A stretch of DNA of 64,000 nt from Octopus bimaculoides. Taxonomy: Eukaryota. Each line of letters begins with the position of its first letter. The first letter of the stretch is position 1. The notes under the pieces were generated by a model. That model did no database searches. It saw nothing but the letters and a program-made list of their open reading frames with translations, and was not told the DNA's origin. Made by a program: the position numbers and the translations under genes. Positions 61,823 to 64,000 of this stretch are shown one piece after another. Where the stretch lies: assembly GCF_001194135.2 (NCBI RefSeq), contig NC_068993.1, forward strand, positions 146,817 through 210,816, in the 5' to 3' direction.

Positions 61823-63912
61823 ACGGTTATAGATTGAACGAAACGGAAGGGTTTCGGCCTAGCTAAAGACGTCTGGGACATATCTTGCAGGCGTGAAGTG
61901 GATTCGATCCACTATGCCACAAATTTGAATTAACACTGCGTCAGAACTTTTCCCGCGGTGGAACAACGGTTTTCTTCTGACAGCAGTTAGATATGTCCCA
62001 GACGCCTTTAGCTAGGCTGAAACGATGTCTCCACCACTTGACCCTTTCTGACCTCATTTTTAGCTGAAGAATATTAAAAGATTACCTATTAAGTGTTCAG
62101 TTAAAAACACTATATCATCTATTTTTTCTGATGATCAAAATAAAGTTAATAATTTTATAATGCTTTCAAAGACTCTTTGAATAAATTTAATATTAAAAGC
62201 AGCATTTTAAATGGACAAGTTAAACTTAAAACTTTACTATCTTACAGTCAGCAAAGCAATAAGTATTGACCTAGTGTTTATATTTTGATAGAAATGTAAA
62301 TAAAATGAATTCTTTTATATATTTCAGAGAAAGCATTACATCTGGTCTTTCAGTTGGTGGAAGCTCATCTCAATTAGTAATGTCAGAAAGTGTAAGAATT
62401 TTAGTTAATTTTCCTATCAGCATTATCATTTATTGCATTTTTTTATATTTCTCTTGATTTGCTATTTAGCTAAACCTCTTTATCTGTTTACTCTTTTAGC
62501 TAATCTTTTATCACCATACCAACTGAGCATAGCTCTCAGGTCTACCATACAAAACCTTCACTCTTTAAAATCATTCATATTGAAATAAAAACCTTCCACT
62601 ATAATTTTATTTAAAACATATCATTAAGTTAAGTTTCCAAACACCAGAATAAGCACATGCAACACTCTTGGAGTGGTTGATGTTAGGAAGGACATCCAGC
62701 CATAAAAACCATGCCAAATTGGAGTGGAACCTAATATAGCTCCCCAGCTTACCAGAGCAGTCGAGTTTATTTCAGATATTCTCATTTTCAAAATCATCTC
62801 TAACCTGGCAAAGGGTAAAGGAACTCAGAAGAGTCAATGGCCATTCTGAAAATGGGTAGGTAGAACCCGTGAGCCTTGGTTGGCAGTCTGTCTAGGAGAA
62901 GGAACACTGATTTAAAACTGGGGCAGATAGGACTCCTTAGTAACAGTGGTGACAACATGTCAGTGTCCAACGGTTCCATGCGTGGGATGACACACAGAAA
63001 TGTGAAGGGAACAGGCTCGACTTATGGGTAGTAAGAGCTCTGCAGTTTTGGTTGCCAGTCTTATTAGAAATGGTGTCTTGATAAAAATACTGGTTGGTGG
63101 CTAACCTTAAAACACAAACCTCAATGTTGAGTGAAGATGTCTAATACAAATGTAGGAAATAATGGTGTTAATGAGGCTGGAAGCAAAGGTGGAAGCCTTT
63201 TGCCTGGCAGGTGGACTGTGGTTGAGCAGTGCAGGCCTGGCCATCCTCCAGAGACTGCTTGTACACAAAGCCAGGGGCAGAGAAGAAGGTAGGATGAGAC
63301 AAACCGAATGGTAATTAAATGCTGGATCAGGGGCAAACCCAGCAGAAGGGGATTCCAACAACACATGAAAGCAAAATGGAATGAAAGTGGCGAACTGGCT
63401 GAATTGCTACTCTATTGAACGAAATACTTAGCAGTGTTTCTTCCAGCTTTTTATATTTTGAATTCAAATTCCGTTGGGGCCAACTATGCTTTTCATCCTT
63501 TTGGGGTTGATAAAATGAGCACCAGTTGAGTACTGGAGATGATGTAATCAACTGATCCCTTCCCTTAAAAGTGCTGGCCTTGTGTCTAAATTTGAAACCA
63601 TTTCCATTGTGAATTCATATCTAAATCAAATTTTTACTATATTTTTTTTAAATAATCTACAAGGGGTTTAGGAATCTGTGATTCTTGTTTTTGAGGGTAG
63701 AAAACAATTTTGAAAGCCAAGAATTAGTATGAGAACAACTTAGAAAGAATTTCTGACAGAAATCCTGATAATAATTCCAGAAAAAGAGGTGTAAGAAGAA
63801 TATTTTTATATTTGCAAATTTTATGCCTGATTCTTTTGTTTAATTTTAAACAATTTCTTAACTGTACATTTTCTTTATTTCTAGCTTGCAGATAAGGAAA
63901 CTGTTGCTGAAG
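46660..63912 (+). CDS. Gene 2 (3'-partial): uncharacterised multi-exon protein, no recognised domain
   Basis: Phase-consistent exon chain: 46660-46665 (ATG CAG|gtcagt), 48967-49168, 50290-50375, 50832-50946, 52771-52807, 53903-53997, 55446-55486, 56776-57105, 58805-58930, 60732-60988, 62328-62391, 63885-63912; 63728-63790 is a possible extra exon. Most donors are gtaag/gtgag. About 460 aa without a stop, starting MQTMNIKASNECELCKVFG and including DDLYFWTLSPPKLNITAKHVKRLMFPLY. Confidence 0.75.
48090..48690 (+). mobile_element. Dispersed repeat, probable non-LTR retrotransposon 5' region; related copy at 42110-42545
   Basis: ggccattggccaacaggttttagggtttgaagaaacac...gaaacccaaggtaac aligns with ggccataggttaacaggtcttagggtgtgaagatacac...gaaacccaaggtaac; also carries the ggagaaggtaactctgaattcaaacc motif. 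Confidence 0.5.
48967..49168 (+). CDS. Gene 2 exon
   Basis: tttatcag|ACA ATG...ACC T|gtaagt; TMNIKASNECELCKVFGTRSKHILSSFISKNKKPVILTSTGEVKPLSFTKKKKLPRYKVFLKKLSET. Confidence 0.8.
50290..50375 (+). CDS. Gene 2 exon
   Basis: tttatag|CT...CAA|gtaaga; phase 1-0; SESNAPSSKEELGENTEKTQQDYQSNITQ. Confidence 0.75.
50832..50946 (+). CDS. Gene 2 exon
   Basis: caccag|GTA AAA...CCT A|gtgagt; VKSTAKSLIEAAEKLCMPKGLKSPAKTGYTATPHQSIP. Confidence 0.78.
51160..52075 (+). mobile_element. RTE LINE ORF2 (RT) fragment
   Basis: AIKDMKTG, KGKGDA...NYRGIKLL, MQFGF, FVNLQKAFDRI, GIHQGLVLSPLLF (ORF 51540-51962). Confidence 0.92.
52144..52612. mobile_element. Younger copy of the RTE-tail palindromic element (interrupted by a gap)
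   Basis: catcgtttagcgtccgctttccatgc...ctggatgcccttcctaatgccaaccactcc; same family as 2230-2672. Confidence 0.7.
52771..52807 (+). CDS. Gene 2 small exon
   Basis: ccctttcag|GA...TGGCA|gtaagt; 37 nt; RSPGLVKLKDTW. Confidence 0.7.
53903..53997 (+). CDS. Gene 2 exon (two possible acceptors: 53902 and 53910)
   Basis: FSDPDIQNADNQDALNQKDKSSDLFPKLDSL; donor TTA A|gtttgt fits the phase of the next exon. Confidence 0.7.
55446..55486 (+). CDS. Gene 2 small exon
   Basis: poly-T cag|AG...CAA|gtaagt; 41 nt; KTNDQEGSMTIHQQ. Confidence 0.78.
55609..56059. mobile_element. Near-perfect 450-bp palindrome (about 215-bp arms, 19-nt loop) between (TA)n tracts
   Basis: aatcaaataataagcaacacgg...tataagtccatct (55609-55823) pairs with agatggacttata...ccgtgttgcttattatttgatt (55843-56059). 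Confidence 0.92.
56776..57105 (+). CDS. Gene 2 exon
   Basis: aaacag|ATA TTA AAG...; lies in ORF 56743-57129; ILKTISTPISVTKEDILNLKDAFVK...HFPIKSCR. The 3' donor is uncertain (56974, 57105 or 57110). Confidence 0.7.
58805..58930 (+). CDS. Gene 2 exon
   Basis: ttatcag|GAA...CTA|gtaagt; 126 nt; ESITTNRLPDDDDGQTTFTANIMMDCDFKKDLNELESNAEKL. Confidence 0.8.
59550..60133 (-). mobile_element. Penelope-like element (Naiad-type) ORF N-terminal remnant
   Basis: IGYSTKNIPTLSNEVYTKMLLEK...MRCKVYFF, then DKTKSKY...FITLKDYELNFASHPKCHLINLAK. This matches the remembered GYSxKNIP...MRWKAxFF...FITLKDHKxNF...CRLINPAK motif series. Confidence 0.75.
60732..60988 (+). CDS. Gene 2 exon (most conserved-looking segment)
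   Basis: atttcag|CTT...GTT GT|gtaagt; LSELQITIEGNEVPTMLNDDLYFWTLSPPKLNITAKHVKRLMFPLYQQ... Confidence 0.8.
61380..61700 (-). mobile_element. Mariner transposase N-terminal fragment
   Basis: GRPFTSQNEELIEKV...VTIQEITHEVGI...KFVPKVL...DFMKTIIIDDET. Confidence 0.8.
61851..62023. mobile_element. Small CpG-rich MITE-like hairpin (35-bp TIRs)
   Basis: gtttcggcctagctaaagacgtctgggacatatct pairs with agatatgtcccagacgcctttagctaggctgaaac. Confidence 0.75.
62328..62391 (+). CDS. Gene 2 exon
   Basis: atttcag|A GAA...AGT|gtaaga; ESITSGLSVGGSSSQLVMSES. Confidence 0.72.
62860..63380 (+). mobile_element. Non-LTR retrotransposon 5' fragment (R4/Dong-like N-terminus)
   Basis: Plus frame TNRMVIKCWIRGKPSRRGFQQHMKAKWNE resembles the N..VM.CY..S.P..RGY..RM...W motif; preceded by tctaggagaaggaacact. 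Confidence 0.4.
63385..63602 (+). mobile_element. tRNA-SINE copy
   Basis: gcgaactggctgaatt...ttgaattcaaattcc...ttttcatccttttggggttgataaaatgag...gccttgtgtctaaatttgaaacc. Confidence 0.8.
63885..63912 (+). CDS. Gene 2 microexon
   Basis: tttatttctag|CTT GCA GAT AAG GAA ACT GTT GCT GAA G|gtcagt; 28 nt. Confidence 0.65.
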
Positions 63913-64000
63913 GTCAGTGTATTCAATTAATTATTCTTTTGATTCTGTTTGATGACTACTTATGTTTTCATCAGTAAAAACATCAGTAAAAAACGTAAAA

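Noticed and set aside
63664-63790. Larger gene 2 exon starting at 63664
   Set aside because: It has stops in every frame. Only 63728-63790 is open, its acceptor is poor, and 62391 can join 63885 directly.

Overview
AT-rich, microsatellite- and SINE-dense animal genomic DNA; the repeat families look like those of an octopod cephalopod (inference). Two multi-exon + strand genes can be reconstructed by hand with GT-AG splice sites and consistent reading phase. Gene 1 (1097-34736; 19 exons; 5' end outside the window; about 780 aa visible) encodes a receptor tyrosine phosphatase: MEGF10/Draper-like EGF repeats, one TM helix and tandem PTP domains. D1 has HCSAGIGR but a WSD loop; D2 has HCLNGAERSG. 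Gene 2 (about 46660 to beyond the window end; at least 12 exons; about 460 aa visible) encodes a protein I cannot identify. Introns and intergenic DNA hold decayed RTE and I-like LINEs, two mariner fragments, a Charlie-type hAT transposase, a Naiad-type Penelope-like element, tandem tRNA-SINE arrays, two LTR-like inserts, many long foldback elements and an unidentified decayed antisense ORF of about 3.5 kb. No tRNA gene, rRNA or CRISPR array is supported. There are three N gaps. All identifications come from motif recognition; no database was searched.
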